64,000 bases of DNA from positions 1 to 64,000 of IMG/VR virus record IMGVR_UViG_3300013108_000622, one strand, 5' to 3'. Each line of letters opens with the position of its first letter. Position 1 is the first letter of the stretch. Positions 26,230 through 36,005 of the stretch are shown piece by piece. Under the pieces are notes generated by a model. The model had not been told where the DNA came from. It worked only from the letters and a program-made list of their open reading frames with translations, and searched no databases. Position numbers and translations under genes: made by a program. This DNA is from a virus.

Positions 26230-28695
26230 ATGGCAACACCGGAACAAGACATCGCTGAACAAACCAAGATTCTAAAACAAATCTTGGCACAGTTAAAAAA
26301 AGGTGGTGGTACATCTGATGCTTCCGGTGGCACAAAAAGTGTTGGTGATGTCGAGCAGGCATCTGAAGACGTTGAAAAATTAAACGAGAATCTTGACCAA
26401 ACTGAACAAAAAACAGATCAAATTGCAGATAATTTTAATGAATTAACAACCTCAATCGGAGATACAGCAGATGCAGTCAGCGGACTTGTTTCTGCTATGG
26501 CACCAGGATTTGGGTCATTTACCCCAGCTAGTATTCGTGATGTTGCTCTTGAGATGGACGCACTTGAGGCTGAGTTAAACAAAGTTACTGGAACTGCTGG
26601 AAAACTAACTCCATTAATGTATGAGTTGGCTAATGCTAATAGGGAATTTGGTATTACTACAGCAATGTCACAACAGGCATTGGCATCTTTACAAAACAAT
26701 ATGACCCAGTTTTCAAGACTGTCAGATATTAGCAAGACAAAGGTCGGAAACTTAGCAGTTCAGATGGAAAAACTTGGAATTAGTTATGATCAAACCGCCC
26801 AACTGCAAGACACTCTTGTAAAGGGTATGAGTATGTCTACTGAGGCGGCTATCAATACTCAAAGGGAGATAGCAAAAGTCGCAGGCTCCTTGGGTGTTGC
26901 TCCAGAGCGTATGGCACGTGACTTTCAGGCAGCAGCACCTCGACTTGCAGCATATGGTTCTCAAGCAGTTGATGTGTTTAAAAAATTAGCCGCACAATCA
27001 AAAGCTACAGGAATTGAAATGAGCAAGTTGTTGGTCGTCACTGAACAATTTGACACTTTTGAAGGCGCAGCTAAAGCTACAGCACAACTAAATGCAGTGC
27101 TAGGCACCACTTTAAATAGTGTAGACCTCCTAACGGCATCAGAAGGTGATAGAATCGAAATGATCAAGCGTTCAATCGCCGCCACCGGGCAATCATTTGA
27201 TTCAATGGGAAGATTTGAACGAAAAGCGATTGCTGCAACAATAGGGATTTCAGACATGGATGAGGCAGCCAGATTGTTTGGGACATCCCTGGGAGAATTG
27301 GAAGATCTAGAGGATGCAGTTGATCCACAAGTTTTAGCTCAGCAAGATTTGCAAAAAATGATGGCCTTGAGTACCTCGATGCAAGATCAGATGCTAGCCA
27401 AATTCGAACAAATGGCACAAGTTTTGGGTGGACCAGTACGAGAAGTGTTGAGTGATTTGCAACGATGGTTTTCAACAGAGGGATTACAGCAGGTCGAGAG
27501 TTTTTTCAAAACAGTTTCTGAAGCGATCACGAATGTTCATCAACAATGGACAAGTTTTACAAATTCGTTCCCACTAATGTCTGGAATAATTGGCACTGTA
27601 ACGAAATCTATTATTACTTTCGGAATCCTTGGGACTGCAATATTTGCCACCACAAAAGGTTTGGGCGCTTTGGTGGTGGGCGTAAAAGGCATCAGTGGCG
27701 CACTAGTAGCCTTTGGTAAAGACGGCAAAGACGCCGCCGATGGTGTCGGAGAAGCTCTTGAAAAAACGGCAGAATCAGGTGCAAATGCAACAAAATCCTT
27801 TGGGCAGGGATTAGCTGATGCAATTAAAAAAGTAGGTCAAGCTGCCACAACAAACGCCAAGGGATTGCTTGCATTTGGTGGGGCTGTGGCTTTGATTGGT
27901 GTCGGCGTTGGCGCTGCGGCGCTTGGGATGGCACAATTTGTTTTATCATTTTCTAAATTGAAAGCGGATCAGATCGGTGGGCTCGTGGCAGGGCTTGTTT
28001 TGTTTACGGCTACAATGGTCTCGTTAGGTATGGTCATGTCTACGGTAGGCACAGCAGCAGCCCCGGCAATGTTGGCATTCGGAGCAGCATTCTTAATGAT
28101 TGGTGGTGCCATCGCCGCAGCCGCTGCCGGTTTTAGTTTGTTGACTGAATCCATAGCTGTGTTATGGGCAACAATAATGGCAAATGATACTTCTGCTTTT
28201 ACAGAAATGGCAGTTGGAATAACTGCATTGGCAGCGTCTATTGGTACTTTAACAGCTTCTCTTAGTATGCTTGGGCTAACAGCAATTCCAGGCTTACTTG
28301 GGTTAGCTACTTTAGTCAGTAGTTTAACGGCAATGTCCAATTCTATAAAAGATATGGACACTTCCAAGATTGCGGCTTTAAGTGATATGACTCTCTCAAT
28401 TAGTCAGACCACTAGTGAACAATACAACGGACTGGGCACAGCTATGAAGAATTTTGGGACAGCAATAACTTCTGCCAACAGTGCTGGTGTAACAATACTA
28501 CAACAAGCATCACAGCTTGTAAAAGAGATGGCCGCCATGAATGCTGGCGCAACACAAAAATCTGCTGCACAAACAAATACCACTACCACCACAACACAGG
28601 CACAAAAACCAGTTGAAGTAGTAATTAATATAGATGGGACAGAGTTTGTAAGACAGGTCGTAATCCCTGGGTTAGACCGAGTTTATTCTCAATAG
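26230..28695 (+). CDS. Tape measure protein
   Basis: Long Ala/Gly-rich helical protein with a hydrophobic C-terminal half and terminal VVINIDG; position after the chaperone. Confidence 0.85.
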   Translation: MATPEQDIAEQTKILKQILAQLKKGGGTSDASGGTKSVGDVEQASEDVEKLNENLDQTEQKTDQIADNFNELTTSIGDTADAVSGLVSAMAPGFGSFTPASIRDVALEMDALEAELNKVTGTAGKLTPLMYELANANREFGITTAMSQQALASLQNNMTQFSRLSDISKTKVGNLAVQMEKLGISYDQTAQLQDTLVKGMSMSTEAAINTQREIAKVAGSLGVAPERMARDFQAAAPRLAAYGSQAVDVFKKLAAQSKATGIEMSKLLVVTEQFDTFEGAAKATAQLNAVLGTTLNSVDLLTASEGDRIEMIKRSIAATGQSFDSMGRFERKAIAATIGISDMDEAARLFGTSLGELEDLEDAVDPQVLAQQDLQKMMALSTSMQDQMLAKFEQMAQVLGGPVREVLSDLQRWFSTEGLQQVESFFKTVSEAITNVHQQWTSFTNSFPLMSGIIGTVTKSIITFGILGTAIFATTKGLGALVVGVKGISGALVAFGKDGKDAADGVGEALEKTAESGANATKSFGQGLADAIKKVGQAATTNAKGLLAFGGAVALIGVGVGAAALGMAQFVLSFSKLKADQIGGLVAGLVLFTATMVSLGMVMSTVGTAAAPAMLAFGAAFLMIGGAIAAAAAGFSLLTESIAVLWATIMANDTSAFTEMAVGITALAASIGTLTASLSMLGLTAIPGLLGLATLVSSLTAMSNSIKDMDTSKIAALSDMTLSISQTTSEQYNGLGTAMKNFGTAITSANSAGVTILQQASQLVKEMAAMNAGATQKSAAQTNTTTTTTQAQKPVEVVINIDGTEFVRQVVIPGLDRVYSQ

Positions 28696-28699
28696 TAAG

Positions 28700-30637
28700 A
28701 TGGCAAAATCAAAAAAACAAGAAGCCGATGAGCGAAGGCAAAAATATATTAACGATCTCTTAACCTTTAATCAACGCACCGCAGCAGCTGCAAAACAAAA
28801 GGCAGAAGACGCAGCAAATCGACGAGCCGCTCGCCGTGCGGCAGAAGAGCGAGCAAATCATAATGATAGAATGGATTCACATTCCCAAGACGCACAATCA
28901 GCAGCCCGAAATGCAGAAAATCGTTCCAGACAATTAGAAGAGCAACGCAGGCGTGATCCTGTATCCCAATCACAACAAAATCAAAAAGTAAATGAGCAAA
29001 TTAGGCAAAACGAGCGACGACAAGCAAGAACGGATGCCGCGTTTAAAAGAGCCGAAAATAGAGATGATGCCGAAACCGAACAACGTCTTGTCCACCAGGC
29101 AATAGATAGGAATAATGGCGCAGCCGCTGCCGACGCATTACTACGTGGAGAAGAACCGGGTGAGAATTTTGTTTCTCGCTCTAGACCGCGACTAGTTGAA
29201 CCTCGCAGGCAACGAGAAAAGACCAGTTTTGAAAGTGATATTGCTAAATTAAAACAAGAAAGATACGACAGACAAATCGCCGACCGTGAAGAAGAACAAT
29301 ATTGGGAAAATTTTAATGCACAAGAGGACGCCAGAAGTGTTGATCAAATGCTCGAACGTCTTGATGCTGAAAATGCCCGCTCAGAACGGTCAGAACGGTC
29401 AGCCCTTTCGCGCCGGGTCGGGACAGCATTCAATTCTGAACCGGAAAGAGCAAAGAACTTACAAAAACTAGCAAAACAACACCAACAGGAATTAGCCAAT
29501 AGACAAGCAGCTGAACAAAGGGCTCAAGAAACTGTCAAAGCCGAAAAACGTGCGAATGCTGTAAATAATCTTAACAAAAATGTTAAGAATTTAACCCCAG
29601 CAGAACTAATAAAACGCAGAGAAAAAAGAGCTTTACAAACAAGGCAAAAAAAGTTTGATATAGCCGAGAAAAAAAGACTTCGAGCAGAAAATCTCGCCAA
29701 GGCCGCAGCCAAAAGGAAGGCAGCCGCAGAAGCCAAAGCAGCTCGAAGATTTGGTACAAACCCGGTAGCAAAACTTGGCTCTCAAAATAAACCAAAAGGG
29801 TTTAACTCCGGGAATCAAAAACCATTCGGAGGAGATCCTGCCAATGGTATGATAGCAGACCCATCAGATGTCCTAGCTAATCAAAAAATGCAGTATATCG
29901 AGGTCTATAGTTTGGTTTCTGGCTACACTACTGCATTCAAGGCATATATTACAAATTATCAAGATAACTTTAAATCTGATTGGTCTAGAACACAAGTTTA
30001 TGGCAGGATGGATCCTATTGTTAATTTTAAAAATACCACAAGACAGATAGTCTGTGAGTTTGATATCCCTGCTGTATCACCTGAAGAAGCAAAACAAAAT
30101 ATGGAAAGGATTTCAACTCTTGTTCAAATGTTGTATCCTTCATATGAAGAAGAAGGTGCATTCGGAAGCCAACAACCAGGCGCTCGAAGCTTTCCGGGGT
30201 CAACTATAAAGGGAGCACCAATGGTGAAAATTTCTTTTATGAATTGGATTCAGCATGCTGGCAAAATGCATGCTGAAGCTTCAACATCCGGCTTGATGGG
30301 ATATTTGGATGGGTTTAGTTTTAACCCAGAAATGAAAGATACAGGATTTTTCCAAGGCAAATGGCCAACTGGCAGACATTCGGCATATTTATACCCAAAA
30401 TCAATTCAAGCAAGTTTTACCTTGAATGTGATTCACGAACATGAGCTTGGTTGGGTGCAAGTTGATAATAAAATGATTCCACGTCAAGGCAATTTTCCAT
30501 ATGGTTTAGAGTCAGGAGACAAAACAAGCTTCAGAAAACCTACAACCTTTGAACAAGAAAACAGCGGAAAGAATGACAACATAAATGAAGCGAAGGCAAT
30601 AAGCATAACTTTCGGCGGGGAGGATCCATTTGAATGA
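28700..30637 (+). CDS. Baseplate/tube-initiator-like protein with a long charged N-terminal extension
   Basis: C-terminal domain FKAYITNYQDNF...W....VYGRMDPI..FKNTTR; the N-terminal ~350 aa are R/E/Q/A-rich. Confidence 0.6.
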   Translation: MAKSKKQEADERRQKYINDLLTFNQRTAAAAKQKAEDAANRRAARRAAEERANHNDRMDSHSQDAQSAARNAENRSRQLEEQRRRDPVSQSQQNQKVNEQIRQNERRQARTDAAFKRAENRDDAETEQRLVHQAIDRNNGAAAADALLRGEEPGENFVSRSRPRLVEPRRQREKTSFESDIAKLKQERYDRQIADREEEQYWENFNAQEDARSVDQMLERLDAENARSERSERSALSRRVGTAFNSEPERAKNLQKLAKQHQQELANRQAAEQRAQETVKAEKRANAVNNLNKNVKNLTPAELIKRREKRALQTRQKKFDIAEKKRLRAENLAKAAAKRKAAAEAKAARRFGTNPVAKLGSQNKPKGFNSGNQKPFGGDPANGMIADPSDVLANQKMQYIEVYSLVSGYTTAFKAYITNYQDNFKSDWSRTQVYGRMDPIVNFKNTTRQIVCEFDIPAVSPEEAKQNMERISTLVQMLYPSYEEEGAFGSQQPGARSFPGSTIKGAPMVKISFMNWIQHAGKMHAEASTSGLMGYLDGFSFNPEMKDTGFFQGKWPTGRHSAYLYPKSIQASFTLNVIHEHELGWVQVDNKMIPRQGNFPYGLESGDKTSFRKPTTFEQENSGKNDNINEAKAISITFGGEDPFE

Positions 30638-30978
30638 TAACACGTTATGGGGCAAGAAATATCTTATTGACTGGCGCAGGGACTACATATAAAGATATAA
30701 TAGGCAGGAGAAATTTACGATTCGTGGGTCATTATGCAACTCCTGATATGGACTTCCCAAGTCCACAAGAAATAGCAAATTTAAAAACAATAAGTCATGT
30801 TTGGAAGGAAGGTGATCGATTGTGGAAATTAGCTGCCCAACACTATGATGGCAAAGCCCATTTGTGGTGGGTAATTGCTTGGTTCAACCAGGCACCAACG
30901 GAATCGCATTTAAAAATTGGAGATATTGTTTATATACCAACTCCATTAAGAAAAGTTTTGAATTATTTGGATGTTTAG
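30634..30978 (+). CDS. LysM-domain baseplate wedge protein (gp53-like)
   Basis: HVWKEGDRLWKLAAQHY...LWWVIAWFN...GDIVYIP. Confidence 0.8.
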   Translation: MITRYGARNILLTGAGTTYKDIIGRRNLRFVGHYATPDMDFPSPQEIANLKTISHVWKEGDRLWKLAAQHYDGKAHLWWVIAWFNQAPTESHLKIGDIVYIPTPLRKVLNYLDV

Positions 30979-30980
30979 TT

Positions 30981-33857
30981 ATGAGCTTAGAAGCTGATAA
31001 AATTATAGAAGACGTGGAGTTTGATGATCAGTCCTTTTTGTGGGATTTCATCGACAAGTTTCAAAACTATGGTGTAAATGTTGTCGATGACAAAATGGAG
31101 CAAAAATATCAATATGAGAACTTCATCCAATTGCATGATGAGGATCCAATCTCTTTAGTTAATAAATTATCTGCCGATGGTATTGACTCAATAATGGAAC
31201 TAACGACAGCGCAGGCGTCTATGTTGATTCCAAAAATCAAACTTTATAAGGTAAAGAGCCACAAAGAAAAGGATAAAAAAGTTGAAATCCTTTTTCCATT
31301 TGGCGGGCACTCAACTTTGGAGTCGATTACCAATAGCGACCTAGATAGGGGAACAGACGCTGGTATTGTTAGTGTTGATATCCGAGATACAGGGTTCAAC
31401 CCCGCCAATGTCGGAATTGCATTTGAGGGAGATATAAAGTTACACTTTCAATCATTTCAATCTATTTTTATGGAGCGATATGTTGGCAATGAAATTATTT
31501 CTTTTGCAGAATTGCTCGATCAACAGGGGGCGACAGGAATAATAAAGACCGAAGCCAAAGCCGCTGCCCAATCAAAAGACCCAGGAATCGATGCACCCAT
31601 GATTAAAATGGTTGTTGGATGGCAAACCCCTCCAATTCCAGTAAAAAAAGATGGCTTCGATTCCCCAATTTCAATAATAGATTCAGGAACTATAGAAAAA
31701 ATTGAAAAGCTAACAAGATCATATATAATCCTGCCAACCAGGAATAACTTAAAAATCAATGATGACGCTTCAGTGACTGTCACAATAAATTTTGCAGCAA
31801 GAATTGAGGGTAGAACACTTGGCGCTGATGCAGACTTGTTGAATGTTGGAAACTATGATCCTGACGCCGCAGAAAAAATTAAAAACCTAAAAAGCCAGCG
31901 AGATAAATTAAAGAAAGACTATGCAAAGCTGAAAAAAACATTCAGAGGAAAGTATAAAAAAATCCCACCATTAAGTAAAACGACAGCCATCTTTGACCCC
32001 GACCAGAGCGGAGCATCAGTGACCGCTGGTGCCGAAACGGGAGAAGCAGTAGGACAAGCAGCCGGAGCAGGTATGGCGGTTCTCGGTGTCGCCGCAGTCG
32101 CCTCAGGAGTGGGGGCTGTTGGCGTTGCCGCAATCGCTGGCGCAGGAGCACTAGCACCGGCTGCGGGTGAAGCAATCGGCGGTCAATTTGACCCGGATGC
32201 TGAACAGATTCAACTTACAAATCTTGCAGATAGTAGATTTGATGGAGATGAAGCAAAAGCAAAAGATTACAAAACAAGCAAGGCTCAGCTTGAGGAAATT
32301 AAACGGAAATATAAACAATTGGCTGTACAATCTCGACAAATTGCTTATAGTAGTTTTTTAAATAGAGTAAGGAATAGCCCAAGAGGAACGAAAAGACTGT
32401 TCCAAGTAAAAATCCCTAGAGAAGCTTACGCTTTATACGAAGAGTTGTTAACCGGTGCAAAAGAATTTTTTGAAAAAGATAAACAAGAGAGAAAAGAAAA
32501 TAAACGACAAAATGTTTTTGATAATAGTTTTCAAAGATTAAGAAAAAATTCAAAAATTGATATTCAAAATAAAATTTCTAAATCCCTAAATAAACCAGGC
32601 GTATGGTCAGAAATGAATCCCAATGCCAAACTTGGTCTTACAAAAAAAGATTTGGGTAATAAAAATCAATACCAAAAACAATCCAAATATGTTAAAAGAG
32701 CGGAACAATGGACAGGAATTTATAACGACTCGGATGATATTAAATTAAAAGATAGTTATGTTCTAACTTATTTTTATCTAGGTGATTTGTTGGAGTCGGT
32801 AATGTCTATGTGTTGGGACAAACCAATCAACTCTGATTCTGATTCAAGCGGCAAAAACACACGTGACGATAAAAGATATAGAGAGCAAATTAGGTTGTTG
32901 TCTGGACCATTTAATTATGTAGACCCAGATACTGGGAAAACAAGAAATATCTCTATTGCTGATATTCCCGTATCTTTAGAGTTTTTTAATGCTTGGTTTG
33001 TGGACCGCGTGGTAAAAAGGAAGATAGATAAATACCCGTTGCGGGCCTTTTTGAGAGATTTGTGTTCTAGATTGTTGAACAATGTCTTGTCTCCAAAACG
33101 ATTTGGTCCACTAAATTTCAACAAACAAATAAAAACCAGAGTGATGCCTGTGTGGAGAAAGAAAGGTGATCCAATATCTCAAAAGTGGAAAAAAAACATA
33201 AACTATCAAAACGGTGATATCACAAGGTTAAAAGCTAACAACCTGGCAAACACAGATAGTGGTATCACAACAGATATAGAACCCTATCTTTTCCTATACG
33301 TTGTTGGAAGCGTAACCGATTTTTTAAATGCAGAATATGAGCAGGATATAGAAAATAACATCCCACATTTTGCTGTTGGAGCCGAAAATGGGATTGTTAA
33401 GAAAATAGATTTTTCTCGTACAAAAATTAAGTATAAGTTAGAGTCTGAATTGTCTAAACAATCTGGATTAGCCAGAGGGAATCTGCTCTTGGCGGATCAA
33501 TATGATTCAAACTTAACCCTGTTAGGCAATCCAGCGTTCAAACCTGGTTCTCTGTTATTTATCGACACTAAAGCTTTGGGTCTTGGTGTGACAAGAGGTA
33601 AGAGCACAGTTGGTGCGCTTTCTGGTAAGCCAATTGAAGTAGAGCCTCAGTGGAGAGCAGACCTTGGGATAGGCGGATATTACAGGGTAGTAAATGTTGC
33701 ACACAAGATCAACGAAAGTGTCTTTGAAACAACATTAGAGACGATTAGTGAGTTCTCTTATCGTTCGCTCCAAAGAAAAAGGAACAAGTCGGTAACTTCT
33801 CAATCAAAAAAGAATAATAGTGTACAAACTAGGCTGATAAACGCAAACAAACAATAA
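30981..33857 (+). CDS. Large baseplate hub-like protein
   Basis: C-terminal LTLLGNPAFKPG...GGYYRVVNVAHKI...FETTLE is typical of gp27/gpD-like hubs; start reassigned to ATG 30981. Confidence 0.6.
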   Translation: MSLEADKIIEDVEFDDQSFLWDFIDKFQNYGVNVVDDKMEQKYQYENFIQLHDEDPISLVNKLSADGIDSIMELTTAQASMLIPKIKLYKVKSHKEKDKKVEILFPFGGHSTLESITNSDLDRGTDAGIVSVDIRDTGFNPANVGIAFEGDIKLHFQSFQSIFMERYVGNEIISFAELLDQQGATGIIKTEAKAAAQSKDPGIDAPMIKMVVGWQTPPIPVKKDGFDSPISIIDSGTIEKIEKLTRSYIILPTRNNLKINDDASVTVTINFAARIEGRTLGADADLLNVGNYDPDAAEKIKNLKSQRDKLKKDYAKLKKTFRGKYKKIPPLSKTTAIFDPDQSGASVTAGAETGEAVGQAAGAGMAVLGVAAVASGVGAVGVAAIAGAGALAPAAGEAIGGQFDPDAEQIQLTNLADSRFDGDEAKAKDYKTSKAQLEEIKRKYKQLAVQSRQIAYSSFLNRVRNSPRGTKRLFQVKIPREAYALYEELLTGAKEFFEKDKQERKENKRQNVFDNSFQRLRKNSKIDIQNKISKSLNKPGVWSEMNPNAKLGLTKKDLGNKNQYQKQSKYVKRAEQWTGIYNDSDDIKLKDSYVLTYFYLGDLLESVMSMCWDKPINSDSDSSGKNTRDDKRYREQIRLLSGPFNYVDPDTGKTRNISIADIPVSLEFFNAWFVDRVVKRKIDKYPLRAFLRDLCSRLLNNVLSPKRFGPLNFNKQIKTRVMPVWRKKGDPISQKWKKNINYQNGDITRLKANNLANTDSGITTDIEPYLFLYVVGSVTDFLNAEYEQDIENNIPHFAVGAENGIVKKIDFSRTKIKYKLESELSKQSGLARGNLLLADQYDSNLTLLGNPAFKPGSLLFIDTKALGLGVTRGKSTVGALSGKPIEVEPQWRADLGIGGYYRVVNVAHKINESVFETTLETISEFSYRSLQRKRNKSVTSQSKKNNSVQTRLINANKQ

Positions 33858-33884
33858 CAATTTTTATTACGGATATTTATAGAC

Positions 33885-35981
33885 ATGGCAATTAAACCAA
33901 ATCATCCATCTAGGGAGTCTGAAGTTGATGACTCAAAGTATGAATCGAAAAACGGCTACACGATTGTTAAAGATGTCCAACCTCCACAGGGCGAAAATAG
34001 TCTTGGCGCACAAGACATGTTCCTTCAAAGAAAGTATTATAAAGAACAGATTTACCCGAATCAATTCATCGCTGCCACTCCCATCGATATGTGGTATGAC
34101 AAAAAAAAACAATTTTTTGGAAAGGTTGACCCAGAAGGACTTGCAATTTATGCTGACAATTCTAAACTAAAGCAACTAGTAAGCTTAAACGACTCAAATA
34201 TTTTTGCTTTAGACTTTGTTGCTGATGCCTTTGAAGACTTCAAAAGCAATTTTCTTTTTTTAAATAAGAAACAAGTCGCTGGTACTCCATTCGCAACTTT
34301 GGATCCCCAAAGAGGTGCGAGACAAGTATTAAAAGATTATGACGTATGGATGGATGAAGTTTATACCAGATTCTCTTCAGGCTTTATGTCCGATGTAAAT
34401 AATCAAAATAGTTTAATCGACTTTGGAAGTTTCATGAAATTGTTTAAAAAGTTCGTTAAATTTAATTATGGTGAAATGCCAGTTACTCTTTCGCAATATA
34501 TTTACTCTCCACTAGCGGCTTCGACCATCAGCGGGTTGATGATTGAGGTCACACTAGACAAACACGGAAACGATCTGAATAAATATAACCATTTTATTTC
34601 TGATAAGAATTTTTTGTGCTTTGCTAATTCGGCTCAAAAATATGGATTTAAAATTGATAAGAATATGCCCGGTCGATTGATCGCTGACATTAAGTCACCA
34701 GCAATGAAAAAATATATGGATGTTTACCCAAAACAGCCGAAGCCATTTATCTTAGAGCCACCGCAAGCACCTACAGCAAACCCACCGCAGCCCCCATCAC
34801 AAGTAGAGGCGGAGCCGCTTGAACCCGGTGATTTTGTGGAGTTTGTAGTGATGGTTCCGACTACGCCAGACGTTTCTTTGCCAAACCTTATTTTAAGAGA
34901 TCACAGTTTGGTGCAGGACAGATATCTATCCCCAGGCACAAAATCTAAAATAGTAAATGATGCTGAATCTGGTCAGAAGAAAAATATGCTCACTTCTTTG
35001 ATTGAGCACAATAAGGGTAATAATGGCGGGATGGTGCCTGTGCTTTATCGGGGAAAAATATTAGAGACATCCCCAACAGATAGGTTAACAGATCAGTCTG
35101 GATATAAACCATTTTTCGATCCCAATGGGGAAAAATATTATATTATTGATGTTGACCAAACACGCCCATTTGGAAACACCTCAAACGTACACATTACAGA
35201 TGCCAATACAATTGCCAGAAATCATTACGGAACATCTTATGAAAACATAAACTTGCCCACATCGGGAAGAACGAGAAGGTATGTTAGAGGGCAATTAACA
35301 ACTGAATCCTTCGCCCAACCAGAATTGGTAATCTCAATGGAAGTCCCAGCCGATGCTGTACACTTGTCTGCAACAAGAAACGAAACAGCAGTACGAAGAT
35401 TCATAGAGAGGACAACATACAAACAAAGATATGAACAGTGGGAAAGAGCAAACGATGAATATTATGAAATCTGGGAACAGACTACACTAAGGGATTACAA
35501 TAGATTATATAATACATGGTCGCAGAAAAAAGAACAATATGAGATTGACTTAGAAGAATATGAATCAAGCCCAAGGTTGTCCACAAACAATGTTATTGGC
35601 AACAGAATGATTCGTTCATCTGATGTTGATATGTATCTACTTAAACAAATTTGTATGCAATTTTATCACTCATATGTGACTGATCATCCTATCGTTTCAC
35701 CTACAACCTTCACCACTTGCAAAAATGGCACTTATGGAACTAAAAAATTAGCAATCTATAGAGAGCAGATTACAAAATCTATTATCGAACAAAAATTTAA
35801 TGATTCATATTGGCTTGATCAAATTATACAAATTAGGTATTATGAAACAGGATTAAAATTGCCTAAAAAAACATTAAATAAATATCGAAACCAAGCGCAA
35901 CTATTGTTAAAAAATAACGGGGGTCAACAAGCGATGTTATACATTAATAAAGAGTTTAGGAAATTGCTATTGACAACCTGA
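33885..35981 (+). CDS. Large hypothetical protein (probably baseplate-associated)
   Basis: 698-aa ORF ending the structural block; internal Pro-rich linker. Confidence 0.65.
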   Translation: MAIKPNHPSRESEVDDSKYESKNGYTIVKDVQPPQGENSLGAQDMFLQRKYYKEQIYPNQFIAATPIDMWYDKKKQFFGKVDPEGLAIYADNSKLKQLVSLNDSNIFALDFVADAFEDFKSNFLFLNKKQVAGTPFATLDPQRGARQVLKDYDVWMDEVYTRFSSGFMSDVNNQNSLIDFGSFMKLFKKFVKFNYGEMPVTLSQYIYSPLAASTISGLMIEVTLDKHGNDLNKYNHFISDKNFLCFANSAQKYGFKIDKNMPGRLIADIKSPAMKKYMDVYPKQPKPFILEPPQAPTANPPQPPSQVEAEPLEPGDFVEFVVMVPTTPDVSLPNLILRDHSLVQDRYLSPGTKSKIVNDAESGQKKNMLTSLIEHNKGNNGGMVPVLYRGKILETSPTDRLTDQSGYKPFFDPNGEKYYIIDVDQTRPFGNTSNVHITDANTIARNHYGTSYENINLPTSGRTRRYVRGQLTTESFAQPELVISMEVPADAVHLSATRNETAVRRFIERTTYKQRYEQWERANDEYYEIWEQTTLRDYNRLYNTWSQKKEQYEIDLEEYESSPRLSTNNVIGNRMIRSSDVDMYLLKQICMQFYHSYVTDHPIVSPTTFTTCKNGTYGTKKLAIYREQITKSIIEQKFNDSYWLDQIIQIRYYETGLKLPKKTLNKYRNQAQLLLKNNGGQQAMLYINKEFRKLLLTT

Positions 35982-35998
35982 ATTATATGTGATATTTT
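35970..35998 (+). promoter_or_regulatory. Sigma70-type promoter (TTGACA-17-TATTTT), probably giving a leaderless mRNA
   Basis: Perfect -35, 17-nt spacer, TG extension; only 7 nt between the -10 box and ATG 36006. Confidence 0.65.
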
Positions 35999-36005
35999 AT
36001 GAAAT

